Part shown: piece after piece, positions 8,708 through 17,422 of the stretch
How positions within the stretch are numbered: the stretch's first letter is position 1
Layout of the letters: each line of letters opens with the position of its first letter
Origin: a virus
Lineage: Duplodnaviria; Caudoviricetes
DNA length: 64,000 bases
Direction: 5' to 3' (one strand)
Virus record (IMG/VR): IMGVR_UViG_3300014204_000154
Coordinates: 19,666 to 83,665 of that record
Program-made: the position numbers and the translations under genes
Notes under the pieces: generated by a model
Database searches by the model: none
Told to the model about the DNA's origin: nothing
What the model saw: the letters and a program-made list of their open reading frames with translations, nothing else

Positions 8708-9616
8708 TCAAAGAAAATCCTTCCCAATCTGGATCAACTGGTTCATCCCGCCCCGATATCCATACTTGTCGCTGTATCGATTCAGAACCCAAGTCAGATA
8801 AAACAGATCCTTCGGTTTGACCCCTTTGCCTTTTAGGATATCGGCATACATTCGATTGTAGCAGCCCTGCATATCGACCTTCATGATGTCGAATTCAACC
8901 GCTTGAATTCGTTCGGGCAAATCGATAGACCATTTCAATTGATCTGAACTGGGTCTGAATCCTGCCCGTATCCAATCTGTCGATGTAAAAATCCCCTCTT
9001 TCTTCATAGCCATCATTTCAAAAAGTTCAAATGTTTTTGTCTCTGCTGGCCGCTGTTCTGTATAAACAACCTTTCTTTCCTGAATACCCTTCGGTAAGAC
9101 AATCCCTTCAAACTCCGCTCCCAGCTGGATTGCCAGATCGATGTAGTGGATGAAGAATTCATAGAGGTTTCCTCCAGCCAATCTGGGATCGCCCTTCCAG
9201 GTCTTGAAAAATTCCCCATCCCGGATCATGACCGCCTTAACCAGATCCGCCTTCTTTGGCAAATCCTTGATCCACCGAAGCTGAAGCACGATGTTGATTC
9301 TGTCATCGTCAATCGGCGGCTCCCACGGAAGGCAAAGCGGCTTCTCACAGATCACATACTTGCCATGATCCAAAGCCATCTTGACATGTTCCCGATGAAG
9401 ATGAGTCGGCGAGCAGATCACGATATATTCGACATTATCATACATGCTTTCTGTGGGCAGAGCCTTGGAACAAAGCAAAAGAGGGGTTTTCAAATCAACA
9501 TAATTGTCCATAAATGCAGTATCATGGATCCACTGAAGCCTTCCACCAACCGCTTTAATGGCCTCCTTATGTCTGGCCGCAATCGTTCCGTTTCCGATCA
9601 ATCCGAAGTTAATCAT
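8708..9616 (-). CDS. Gfo/Idh/MocA oxidoreductase (WbpB-like UDP-sugar 3-dehydrogenase)
   Basis: MINFGLIGNGTIAARH, ICSPTHLH, VICEKP, NIVLQLR, WKGD...GG.L....IHYID; start moved from 9649 to 9616. Confidence 0.88.
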   Translation of the reverse strand: MINFGLIGNGTIAARHKEAIKAVGGRLQWIHDTAFMDNYVDLKTPLLLCSKALPTESMYDNVEYIVICSPTHLHREHVKMALDHGKYVICEKPLCLPWEPPIDDDRINIVLQLRWIKDLPKKADLVKAVMIRDGEFFKTWKGDPRLAGGNLYEFFIHYIDLAIQLGAEFEGIVLPKGIQERKVVYTEQRPAETKTFELFEMMAMKKEGIFTSTDWIRAGFRPSSDQLKWSIDLPERIQAVEFDIMKVDMQGCYNRMYADILKGKGVKPKDLFYLTWVLNRYSDKYGYRGGMNQLIQIGKDFL

Positions 9617-10425
9617 GACTTCTTCTCCTTCTCCCAGAATAACTCCCATTTATGGGAATGGCTATTGTAACAGTCAATCGAACACTTATCAAAACAACTT
9701 GATGCAAAGACGATGTTGGAAAAACGATCAAACAAAAACTCCTTCTTTTCCGAATCAAGCCAGAAACAACGCCTAATCCTCAACTTTAACGTATGCCCCG
9801 GACCTCTTCCCATAATGCTCTCAATCGCCATTTTACAACCATTCTTCGAAGCATGATGTTGAATTTGATAGCCAAGATTCTCCCCCAGATAGGTCCGGAC
9901 CAAGAAGCAAAACTCAACCTGATCTATGAAGTATTTGGATGCAATTGGCTCCAACGACGAAATGAGGATTGGTTTTCTCGATAGCGCCATCATCTTCATC
10001 CAAGGAATATTCCAGCAGACAACCATCTTCCCGAACACATTTGGATCTTTGATGTCGTTCAACTCCTCCACATCTTCGATGGAAAACAGATTGATATAAA
10101 CCTCAAAACCCGGAGGGAATGGGCCATCTTTCAGAATCCGCTTGTAATCCCCTATCCTGAGATTGGTTCGAAAGTTATCCAAGCAAGTATTGAAAAAGAT
10201 CCTATTAAATGAGGACCAATCAAACAGGCTGGAATCTCCAACGCCAAACATGATAATAGAGTGTGTCCTGGAATACTCCCAGAGAGACGGAAAGAGCGCC
10301 GCAACCATTTCAACATCCATGATCTTTGGATCTTGCCGCGGCGCTTCACAATCCAGATGACAACGATTCAAACAACCCTGAACCACTTCCAGAAATATTC
10401 CCGTTTTTCGATTCATCATCAACAT
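9613..10425 (-). CDS. divergent radical SAM-like protein (CX3CX3C)
   Basis: LEVVQGCLNRCHLDC; FGVGDS at the position of the GGEP motif; ATGA-coupled to the oxidoreductase. Confidence 0.45.
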   Translation of the reverse strand: MLMMNRKTGIFLEVVQGCLNRCHLDCEAPRQDPKIMDVEMVAALFPSLWEYSRTHSIIMFGVGDSSLFDWSSFNRIFFNTCLDNFRTNLRIGDYKRILKDGPFPPGFEVYINLFSIEDVEELNDIKDPNVFGKMVVCWNIPWMKMMALSRKPILISSLEPIASKYFIDQVEFCFLVRTYLGENLGYQIQHHASKNGCKMAIESIMGRGPGHTLKLRIRRCFWLDSEKKEFLFDRFSNIVFASSCFDKCSIDCYNSHSHKWELFWEKEKKS

Positions 10426-10793
10426 CTCCCCTCATGATCTGATTCCATAAAACCCCTCCAATAACAATGATAATAGACTTCTCGTTTTCCCTTGCATAAT
10501 AAACAATCGATCTTTTTTATTCCCTCTGTCTGTATATTTCCAGAGAATTGATTTGTTGACCCGATACCTTTACAAAAAGGACATTTGAAAGGACCGATTA
10601 GAATATCTTCATTGTCAATATTTTTCGGTTTATCTGGGGTAATATTGTCTGTATGAATAGTCATTGACTTTGAATGCTTTTTTCTTAGCTCTTCAATCTT
10701 CAAATTCCACCTATGATAAGATTGCGAATGCTCCAAATCGCATTTGTTTTCGACTTTCTTCATTTCAGCCGCGATATCTGATAATAAACTCAT
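10419..10793 (-). CDS. hypothetical protein with DnaJ-type Zn finger
   Basis: CPFCKGIG...CLLCKGK. Confidence 0.65.
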   Translation of the reverse strand: MSLLSDIAAEMKKVENKCDLEHSQSYHRWNLKIEELRKKHSKSMTIHTDNITPDKPKNIDNEDILIGPFKCPFCKGIGSTNQFSGNIQTEGIKKIDCLLCKGKREVYYHCYWRGFMESDHEGRC

Positions 10794-10984
10794 TTCAAAA
10801 TCCCCCTTTTGGCCAACTCTTCATACAATGCTGTCCCTGCCGACATATATCCAGATCCGGAAGACCATTGCGGATAATCGCCCCGAAGTCTGGCTGCATC
10901 ATTATCCCCTTGCATCTGAACTGCCTCCAAATTGGCTACCGCAGCCAATGCAATCAATTCAACGTCATTCATATAATTCCCCAA
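10790..10984 (-). CDS. hypothetical protein
   Basis: 64 aa, coupled. Confidence 0.6.
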   Translation of the reverse strand: MGNYMNDVELIALAAVANLEAVQMQGDNDAARLRGDYPQWSSGSGYMSAGTALYEELAKRGILK

Positions 10985-11750
10985 TGTGTTTTGCTATCCG
11001 CTGCCTGCCGATCTCAAAATAGGTTGGATCGCGCTCGATGCAGATGTATTTACGGTTGGTGTTTATGCAAGCGATGGCAGTGGTAAATGAGCCTGCAAAT
11101 GGGTCAAGGATTGTATCGCCGGGGTTACTCCACGAGAGGATATGGTCGGTGGCGAGTTGTTGTGGAAACGGAGCGGGATGGCCCTTGACGCTCTCGCTTA
11201 CCTGTTCCCATATATTAAATCTCTGCCCATTCTCAGCAATGGTGATTATTTTGCTCATTGGCTTTGTCGATCCATCGGCTTGCCGAATTGTCCCACGTCC
11301 GACATTTCCGGCACACTTATTCGGTTTATCTTTCAATGGGTTGAATGTTTTTATAGGGCCTTTTGTAAAAATAAACATGTATTCAAATACGGGAGCGTAT
11401 CGAGTCTTTAGCGCACCGATAGCACTAAATCTGCCCTTGTTCCAGATCATCGTATCGTGAATATTAAATCCTGCCTCCTTGAAATACAATGCCTGCTTGA
11501 ATGATGTTCCTGTTTCACTGCCTTTGATGGTTGCATCACCGACTACCCACACAACCACACCACCAGGTTTTGTCACTCTGAACAATTCCCGAATTACCGG
11601 CTTCCAGATATGCTCACCCCAATCAAGCGAATCATTATACGTCCTGAGATTATCGTATGGAGGCGAGGTTACAGTTAAATCCACATTCCCATCCTCAATC
11701 TTCTGCATTTCAATCAAACAATCACCAAGCAACCGCTTACCGTATCCCAT
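10965..11750 (-). CDS. DNA N4-cytosine/N6-adenine methyltransferase (beta class)
   Basis: TSPPY catalytic motif before DPFAGSFTT SAM motif; HPAPFP. Confidence 0.93.
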   Translation of the reverse strand: MGYGKRLLGDCLIEMQKIEDGNVDLTVTSPPYDNLRTYNDSLDWGEHIWKPVIRELFRVTKPGGVVVWVVGDATIKGSETGTSFKQALYFKEAGFNIHDTMIWNKGRFSAIGALKTRYAPVFEYMFIFTKGPIKTFNPLKDKPNKCAGNVGRGTIRQADGSTKPMSKIITIAENGQRFNIWEQVSESVKGHPAPFPQQLATDHILSWSNPGDTILDPFAGSFTTAIACINTNRKYICIERDPTYFEIGRQRIAKHIGELYE

Positions 11751-11765
11751 TTCAGGCTCCTTTGA

Positions 11766-12080
11766 TTAATTCTCGTTCCGGGTGCCAATCCCGTAATCGG
11801 CGCAAATTTTATTCCCGAAAGAGGAAAGATATGGTAATGGAAGGAGGATGGAAACGTAATGGGCGGAGAAGCGCCATCGGTGAGCTTGTTCTAAGACGGG
11901 AAGACCGAAGGCCAGCTTTGCTTCGATGGCCCAAATGATCTGGCCACGTTTCGCTACAAGGTCGCAAACGCCACAACCACCAGAGACTTCCTGATATACT
12001 TCCCAACCCCAATCCTTCAGAACGTCTACCAGTAAAGCGGCCAACTCAGATTCTGTGATTTGTACCTTATGCCGCCTCAT
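11766..12080 (-). CDS. PD-(D/E)XK nuclease-like protein, possibly C-terminally truncated
   Basis: YQEV...CDLVAKRG.IIWAIEAKL. Confidence 0.55.
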   Translation of the reverse strand: MRRHKVQITESELAALLVDVLKDWGWEVYQEVSGGCGVCDLVAKRGQIIWAIEAKLAFGLPVLEQAHRWRFSAHYVSILLPLPYLSSFGNKICADYGIGTRNEN

Positions 12081-12448
12081 CGGTTTATCCGTCTCCCGGC
12101 TCCTCTAAGCGCATCGAAAAGTTCCACCGCTTTCGCCAGCCCTTTGCTCCTAGTTGACTTTCCATACTCCACGCCATATCGTTCCTTGAATACGCTCCCA
12201 TCAACCGTACCGATCAAATATTCAGGCCGATAATATTTGTCATCCCCCTGGCCACACCAACAAGATCCTCCTCCAATCCGGAAGATGATTCTGTTGTCCT
12301 CCCTTTTGATGATTGATATCTTGCCGTGATACTCAAGGCCAGGGAAACAAATCCTTTGCGAATAGATCCTGAATTCCTGTCCACGATGAAACAGGCTGGC
12401 TTCCCTGACCTCGATATCATCCTTGCTGCTATCTGACCAGTGGGCCAT
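12077..12448 (-). CDS. hypothetical protein
   Basis: 123 aa, coupled. Confidence 0.65.
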   Translation of the reverse strand: MAHWSDSSKDDIEVREASLFHRGQEFRIYSQRICFPGLEYHGKISIIKREDNRIIFRIGGGSCWCGQGDDKYYRPEYLIGTVDGSVFKERYGVEYGKSTRSKGLAKAVELFDALRGAGRRINR

Positions 12449-12626
12449 GGGTCATCTCCATCAGCATCTTTCCAGCCCGATATCCCGCCATAAATATCAT
12501 CCTGTTTCTGGCCTTCCGATCCGGGAGACATTGCCAATTTTCCTCCTGTTCCTTCACGAAAGCCTCATATGCTTCACTGGCTTCCGTCTCTGGGTTTTCT
12601 TGGTCGATGGATTCTTGTTCCGACAT
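12429..12626 (-). CDS. hypothetical protein
   Basis: 65 aa, AAGGAG SD. Confidence 0.6.
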   Translation of the reverse strand: MSEQESIDQENPETEASEAYEAFVKEQEENWQCLPDRKARNRMIFMAGYRAGKMLMEMTHGPLVR

Positions 12627-12909
12627 GCCAAATCTCCTTCTTTTTCAATCGATGATAAAATCGATATTCATTGTTGATCTTCTCGTAACCTGGAGACAGC
12701 CGATTGCTCCATGTCATCCAAAGATCCCATTCTGAATGTTCCCTATTGAGGACCAACCCCCAAGCCATCGATGGAGACGGACAAAAACAGACATATGGCG
12801 GCTTCCATTGGCCGTCCCTCGATTTACAACCAGGGCAAAGACCGCGCTTCAGGATGCTCTGGCGACGTTCCACCGGCGACCAGTGAAAGAGAAGGAATGG
12901 CTGGCCCAT
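12574..12909 (-). CDS. putative ADP-ribosyltransferase-fold protein (Tpt1/DUF952/DarT-like)
   Basis: LFHWS...SILKRGL.PG...YVCF...P..AW resembles the ART H-x-[ST] and aromatic strand motifs. Confidence 0.4.
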   Translation of the reverse strand: MGQPFLLFHWSPVERRQSILKRGLCPGCKSRDGQWKPPYVCFCPSPSMAWGLVLNREHSEWDLWMTWSNRLSPGYEKINNEYRFYHRLKKKEIWHVGTRIHRPRKPRDGSQ

Positions 12910-12915
12910 GATGGC

Positions 12916-13215
12916 TTATTTGTCCATATCAACAACCATATAACCTCTGTTGCCTTCTAAAAGCGCGAATCCACTGACTATATGTGCAAAATGGGATGTT
13001 GCGATAACAACACTTGCCAATTCTCCAGGATTATCGGATGTTCCTGGACCAACTGCGAATCCTCTGGGGAACCTCTCCATCAACTCCCCAACTGTCGTCT
13101 TACTATCGACCTTCATATTGTTATACCCCCTTTCTAAAAATCCTTTTAAATCCGTTAGCGGCTCCATATTGTTCATTGAATTCTTCGTCAGGAAGATGCT
13201 GGATTTCTCCAACAA
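12916..13215 (-). CDS. hypothetical protein
   Basis: Likely true start at 13176 or 13167. Confidence 0.55.
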   Translation of the reverse strand: MLEKSSIFLTKNSMNNMEPLTDLKGFLERGYNNMKVDSKTTVGELMERFPRGFAVGPGTSDNPGELASVVIATSHFAHIVSGFALLEGNRGYMVVDMDK

Positions 13216-13333
13216 TCTTCTCGTGCATATATGTAATCGTCCGGAAAGGAGTCAACCCCGCATGTCTTCCGAAGATTTCAACTTCAATAAGCAGTTCATC
13301 CTCTCTGGTTGGTTTTCTCCTTCTGACTTCCAT
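13121..13333 (-). CDS. hypothetical protein
   Basis: 70 aa; AGGAGG SD; GGTATAAT upstream. Confidence 0.6.
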   Translation of the reverse strand: MEVRRRKPTREDELLIEVEIFGRHAGLTPFRTITYMHEKIVGEIQHLPDEEFNEQYGAANGFKRIFRKGV

Positions 13334-13356
13334 TTCCTCTTACCTCCTACTGGCTA

Positions 13357-13794
13357 TTATACCTTCTTCTTAACAATCTTCGGTTTCTTTTTAACGGCCA
13401 TCATTTCGCTGTATAACGCAATCAAACGCTGCGTGATGGCTTGGATCGAATAAGCCTCAAACTCCAGACTTGGTTCGTATTCACCTATACAATCGCAAAT
13501 CCGTTGCCAGACATGGACTGCCTCATGGACGATAAGACCGACAACTTCATTTGGATTTCTTTTGGGATCATACCGGGCGCAGACAATGATACAACGATGA
13601 AAATCTTCTTCCTCCTCAAAAACATGCACTTTGCCATCGCAACCATCTAAAATCCATTTCAACGGCTGTTGAGCAGGAGACACATTTAATCTCTTGATTG
13701 CTCTTTTAAATTGATCCTCATCAATACATAATCCGATACAATATGGAGATTGAACCATCTCCCTTGGAATCCAGCCAATGCCGTCTTTCATCAC
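13357..13794 (-). CDS. hypothetical protein with HExxH motif
   Basis: IVHEAVHVW...E.EAY. Confidence 0.7.
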   Translation of the reverse strand: MMKDGIGWIPREMVQSPYCIGLCIDEDQFKRAIKRLNVSPAQQPLKWILDGCDGKVHVFEEEEDFHRCIIVCARYDPKRNPNEVVGLIVHEAVHVWQRICDCIGEYEPSLEFEAYSIQAITQRLIALYSEMMAVKKKPKIVKKKV

Positions 13795-14114
13795 TTATAC
13801 CCATTCTCTTCCAGGAAGTCGAAGACCTCCTTTGCGTTCACCGTGCAAGACGGCCATGAATTGATGGTCCCGGCACAGATGCAAAACTTTTCGCTGTCGA
13901 TTGGATTCTTCAAAAGAGAGTCAATGAAATAATTCTCATATCCAGTTGGACCACCATGGAAGAGAAGAACCGGCCGTGGATTTCCATCTTTAGAGACAAT
14001 TTCCATCTCAATCTCTTTGGTAGATTGAACCGCTTTGATATCTCGATATTCCCCCGGAGGATCTGTCCAACGGCCGGTCTTCTTGACCCATATGGAATTG
14101 ATCTTCTGCTTCAT
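13791..14114 (-). CDS. hypothetical protein
   Basis: Start moved to MKQKINS (ATGA overlap). Confidence 0.6.
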   Translation of the reverse strand: MKQKINSIWVKKTGRWTDPPGEYRDIKAVQSTKEIEMEIVSKDGNPRPVLLFHGGPTGYENYFIDSLLKNPIDSEKFCICAGTINSWPSCTVNAKEVFDFLEENGYK

Positions 14115-14524
14115 TTCTTCCACCCTTCCTTCTCCACCAGGATCGTGGGGAAATCGTCGCCGTTCTTCAGTCGGACAAGGCTCAGCAATTCTCTCATCGG
14201 ATCTGAGCCCAACGCGGCTTGGAAAGCGATCCTCATTGCTGGAGTAACAAGATCGAATGGAAGGCGAACCGATATGTGGCAAGCCGGCAATCCAGATTTG
14301 GATGCCCAGCATTTGATTAACTCCCGATCAAGGCCAACAATATTCCGTTCCAAGATTTCCAGCTGTTGGAGGAATGTATTGTATTGATCTGTTGTATCAA
14401 TATCAATCAACAACTCGTTTGCCTCTGGATAGTTGATGACCATCCCTTTGGCTTCCTGCCTCTTTATGAAATCCAACCGCTCCGTATTGGCATATGATTC
14501 GTCGTCATACTCTTCCATTTCCAT
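14111..14524 (-). CDS. hypothetical protein, weak AEP primase-like motifs
   Basis: LLIDID and SKSG...HI, GSD. Confidence 0.6.
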   Translation of the reverse strand: MEMEEYDDESYANTERLDFIKRQEAKGMVINYPEANELLIDIDTTDQYNTFLQQLEILERNIVGLDRELIKCWASKSGLPACHISVRLPFDLVTPAMRIAFQAALGSDPMRELLSLVRLKNGDDFPTILVEKEGWKK

Positions 14525-14531
14525 AATCTCC

Positions 14532-15098
14532 TCACTTCTGGAATTCGACTGCTCCCCGCTGGATGCGCGGCCGGGAAGGAACCACCGGCGCTTCCTTCTT
14601 CGCCTCCGCTTCTTGCTCGTATGCCAATTTGACGATTTCAGCCACCCGATTTGCCCAGCCAGGTTCGTCCTTGTTCAAGGAGACTTCAATGGCAAAATCC
14701 TCAATATCGTGTGGCAAAACCTGCCAGCAATTCTTGGAGTCCGGATTGTAAAGAATATGGCGCAACTCGTGACGGATCAACCGGATCTTATCCAGCACAT
14801 CCGTAAGGGTCCACGCCTTCTTATCGATGAACATGATGTAATCGCAGCCCAGAGACACTAGATGCTCCGTAAGGTTGCGGATAAGATCGTTGGCCTTCAT
14901 GATCCGACCCAAAACCAGCTTGGGGCCAACCATCCTCTTCTTCAGATCGAACAGGGATTTGATAACAGGGCCAGCGTCTTCCTCCTGCACGAAGTGCGGG
15001 AAGTATTGGATCAAGACCTCCTTGATCATTTCATCCACGGCCGCAGGAGCGTTCTCAAATCTGATACCGTTGTCTTGATTGTTATCCTCTGTTTCCAT
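14532..15098 (-). CDS. putative phage metallopeptidase
   Basis: LIRHELRH...HDIEDF. Confidence 0.75.
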   Translation of the reverse strand: METEDNNQDNGIRFENAPAAVDEMIKEVLIQYFPHFVQEEDAGPVIKSLFDLKKRMVGPKLVLGRIMKANDLIRNLTEHLVSLGCDYIMFIDKKAWTLTDVLDKIRLIRHELRHILYNPDSKNCWQVLPHDIEDFAIEVSLNKDEPGWANRVAEIVKLAYEQEAEAKKEAPVVPSRPRIQRGAVEFQK

Positions 15099-15140
15099 TG
15101 TCGATCCTCCCTTTTCAAATTACCATTTATGAATTAATGC

Positions 15141-15174
15141 AAAAATATGGGCTGGCGTTTATTCCAGCCCATAT
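15141..15174 (-). terminator. rho-independent terminator
   Basis: 11-bp stem ATATGGGCTGG/CCAGCCCATAT followed by a T run on the minus strand. Confidence 0.85.
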
Positions 15175-15285
15175 CTGCGGGTGATGGGGATGCTCGGTGA
15201 TCGAAGTCGCTGGAGCATCCGCTGGCGAACCCGACTTGACCTGTATTACAGGGCGTCAAAAATACAGCCGATGGCTGGTGAACGT

Positions 15286-15333
15286 CTATCCGATGGTCAG
15301 AGCATCGGGGTGCCGTTTGGTTTCCCACTTCAT
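15286..15333 (-). CDS. micro-ORF MKWETKRHPDALTIG (15 aa)
   Basis: AAGGAGG SD 5 nt before ATG; ATG and part of the SD lie in hairpin GGTTCCCAT/GTGGGAAACC. Confidence 0.35.
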   Translation of the reverse strand: MKWETKRHPDALTIG

Positions 15334-15381
15334 GGGAACCTCCTTGATTGATTGGTGGCCAACATGGTGGCCTTTTGGGGG

Positions 15382-15477
15382 TCAGGCCGATGCCGTGGAG
15401 CTGGCGACGATGATGAGCAACTGGTTATCAAGGCATATGGTGGTGTTTACCCAAGGCGGCGACTTACATTTCTTCAT
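15382..15477 (-). CDS. micro-ORF MKKCKSPPWVNTTICLDNQLLIIVASSTASA (31 aa)
   Basis: AGGAGGAG SD immediately upstream. Confidence 0.4.
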   Translation of the reverse strand: MKKCKSPPWVNTTICLDNQLLIIVASSTASA

Positions 15478-15546
15478 AACTCCTCCTTTCTGTCCGCTTA
15501 ATGATCCAACTGGTTTAACTGCTTTGAAACTCCCTCCACCAAATGA

Positions 15547-15887
15547 ACGGGAAGGGACCATTTGTCTATTATTCCCTCAAGGCTTCATCGCCTAAGACTC
15601 TTTTTGGGAATTAATAGCAGGTGTTGCCGTCTGTCCTCCTTGGCACCTTTTGCAAGTTGTTTCGGTGTCAGCCACAGAAAAGAATCGCCGCATACAGCGC
15701 CTGAAATGCTTGTGTCCGACCTTCAACGTTACAGACATCGCTCCCATTGTTATCCGGGCACGCCTATGGCGTTTTCCAGCCTGTCGTTCACGCTTTCCAG
15801 GGTTATTGCGTCTCATCGTTCTGTTACCTCATCTGCCTACTCTTCCCCGCATGCGCCAACCGCACGAACAAATGGAACCCTTCCCGT
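15547..15887 (-). ncRNA. candidate ~340-nt RNA closed by an 18-bp long-range stem
   Basis: ACGGGAAGGG-TT-CCATTTGT at the predicted 5' end pairs with ACAAATGG-T-CCCTTCCCGT at 15547-15565. Confidence 0.4.
15592..15816 (-). CDS. basic hypothetical ORF inside the candidate RNA (degenerate Zn-ribbon-like C-terminus)
   Basis: RRCMRRFFS...TCKRC; poor SD; may not be coding. Confidence 0.3.
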   Translation of the reverse strand: MRRNNPGKRERQAGKRHRRARITMGAMSVTLKVGHKHFRRCMRRFFSVADTETTCKRCQGGQTATPAINSQKES

Positions 15888-15896
15888 CTCAAATCT

Positions 15897-15926
15897 ATTA
15901 TACTCGGAGAATCGATTTCTTGTCTA
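15897..15926 (-). promoter_or_regulatory. sigma70-like promoter
   Basis: TAGACA-18 bp-TATAAT just after the terminase stop. Confidence 0.65.
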
Positions 15927-15931
15927 AAAAA

Positions 15932-17422
15932 TTACACGCCACCAACCACAGCCATTCCGCCGCCGATATTGTGGACTGGAAACTCCTTATGGAAATAGTA
16001 ACCAACTGCGTCTGATATGTGGGTCAGCGTGATATCATGCTTCTTGTCTATTTCCCCACTTCCACCCTCGATAAGCCGAACCCCTTCAAAATCCCGGACC
16101 ACATGGGGCGCTTTGGATGGATCGATCAAAGCGCGTACCTTTCCACTCATAGTCAGGAAACGAGAGTTGACAGCATTGATCCGATCCCGTTCTGGTGGAT
16201 TCCCTTTGGCGACATGGAAATGAACCCGCTCCTCTCCAAAGTGGGCATAAAGGATTCTCTTTACAATATCCCAATCCGATCCAGCAAGCTTGGCGCTTCC
16301 TTTATTCCCGCCTGTCGCATCGCCATATACTAGGATATGGCCCTGATGTGCACCCCAATCCCTGATGAATCGGTTACAAACCAATTGCGTGTTGGAATTG
16401 CGTGGAATATAGACCTCTCCAATCACTGCAGATACGGATTCCCCAATTAGGACCGCCCCTGTACCAATTTCCCTTACAGTCTTTTCCTGGATAATCGCCG
16501 CAACGCCTGGAGCCACGTTAAAGTCCAGACAAAGGATCAATGGTTGCTTCGGATCGTATAGGATCTTGGCCAGATGTCTCCGCTCATCGTATGCGTAGTA
16601 TGCGCGGCCCTGGAAATTGATAAATGAAGCGCAATACTCCTGCAAATAAGTCAACTCATCCAAATCCCGCTTCGCCGCATCGATTTCACTCTTGGGCAAT
16701 ATGTCGGCACTGATCCACCAGAAATAATCCCATTCCCCAGTAGTATCGGCCTTGGCCTTCTGCGCTAAATCATAATAATGGTTTCTTCCTTCTGGTACTC
16801 CAATGAAATCGCACCAACCTAGCCGATCCGATAAAGCTGGCCGAACATGCATTGGCCAAGCTTCCTTCTTCATATTGCCATATTCGTCCAGACCGCCGCC
16901 ATCCCATGGCCGTCCTTCGATCCGCTCCGGCTTATCCATTCCCAAAACTTGGACCATAGATCCGATCTTGAACCTGATAATCAGGTCAGATTCGTTCGGA
17001 ACTCCTAACATGGCCCACTTCGGCGTCAATCGCTTTAAATCATCCCAATATATCTGCTTGGCCTGATCCCGTGTGGGTGCAGCTGCGAAAAAACGTGGAT
17101 CATCAAATGCAGTACCCTTCATAGCTGCTCGAATAAGCTTGCGTTTAAATATCTCCGTCTTTCCACTGCGCCTTCCAGCTGGATTAACATTAAAGCGCTT
17201 TGGTTGGGTCCGGAGACGATACTGTTCAGGATGATATCGCAACAGCGTCCATCGAGAGGTTGTATATTCAAATTGTTGCACAGGTAGTTTAGATTGCTTC
17301 TGATTACATTGTGGAATAGCTGGAGTTTTGTAATGTTTGTAACTTGGATCTTTGGTTTTGCGCCATCGTTCCAGGGCTGCGGCCTGTTTAACTGGATCTT
17401 TGGTGGATGAATCCTTAGCCAT
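15932..17422 (-). CDS. terL: terminase large subunit
   Basis: Walker A AGRRSGKT, Walker B GLDEY, nuclease LCLDFN and HISDAVGY. Confidence 0.95.
   Translation of the reverse strand: MAKDSSTKDPVKQAAALERWRKTKDPSYKHYKTPAIPQCNQKQSKLPVQQFEYTTSRWTLLRYHPEQYRLRTQPKRFNVNPAGRRSGKTEIFKRKLIRAAMKGTAFDDPRFFAAAPTRDQAKQIYWDDLKRLTPKWAMLGVPNESDLIIRFKIGSMVQVLGMDKPERIEGRPWDGGGLDEYGNMKKEAWPMHVRPALSDRLGWCDFIGVPEGRNHYYDLAQKAKADTTGEWDYFWWISADILPKSEIDAAKRDLDELTYLQEYCASFINFQGRAYYAYDERRHLAKILYDPKQPLILCLDFNVAPGVAAIIQEKTVREIGTGAVLIGESVSAVIGEVYIPRNSNTQLVCNRFIRDWGAHQGHILVYGDATGGNKGSAKLAGSDWDIVKRILYAHFGEERVHFHVAKGNPPERDRINAVNSRFLTMSGKVRALIDPSKAPHVVRDFEGVRLIEGGSGEIDKKHDITLTHISDAVGYYFHKEFPVHNIGGGMAVVGGV

Noticed and set aside
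15547-15887. RNase P RNA, tmRNA or HDV/theta ribozyme (TTCCCGT, ACAGAAC motifs)
   Set aside because: No GAGGAAAGTCC, no tRNA-like ends, and TTCCCGT is not flanked by a P3 stem
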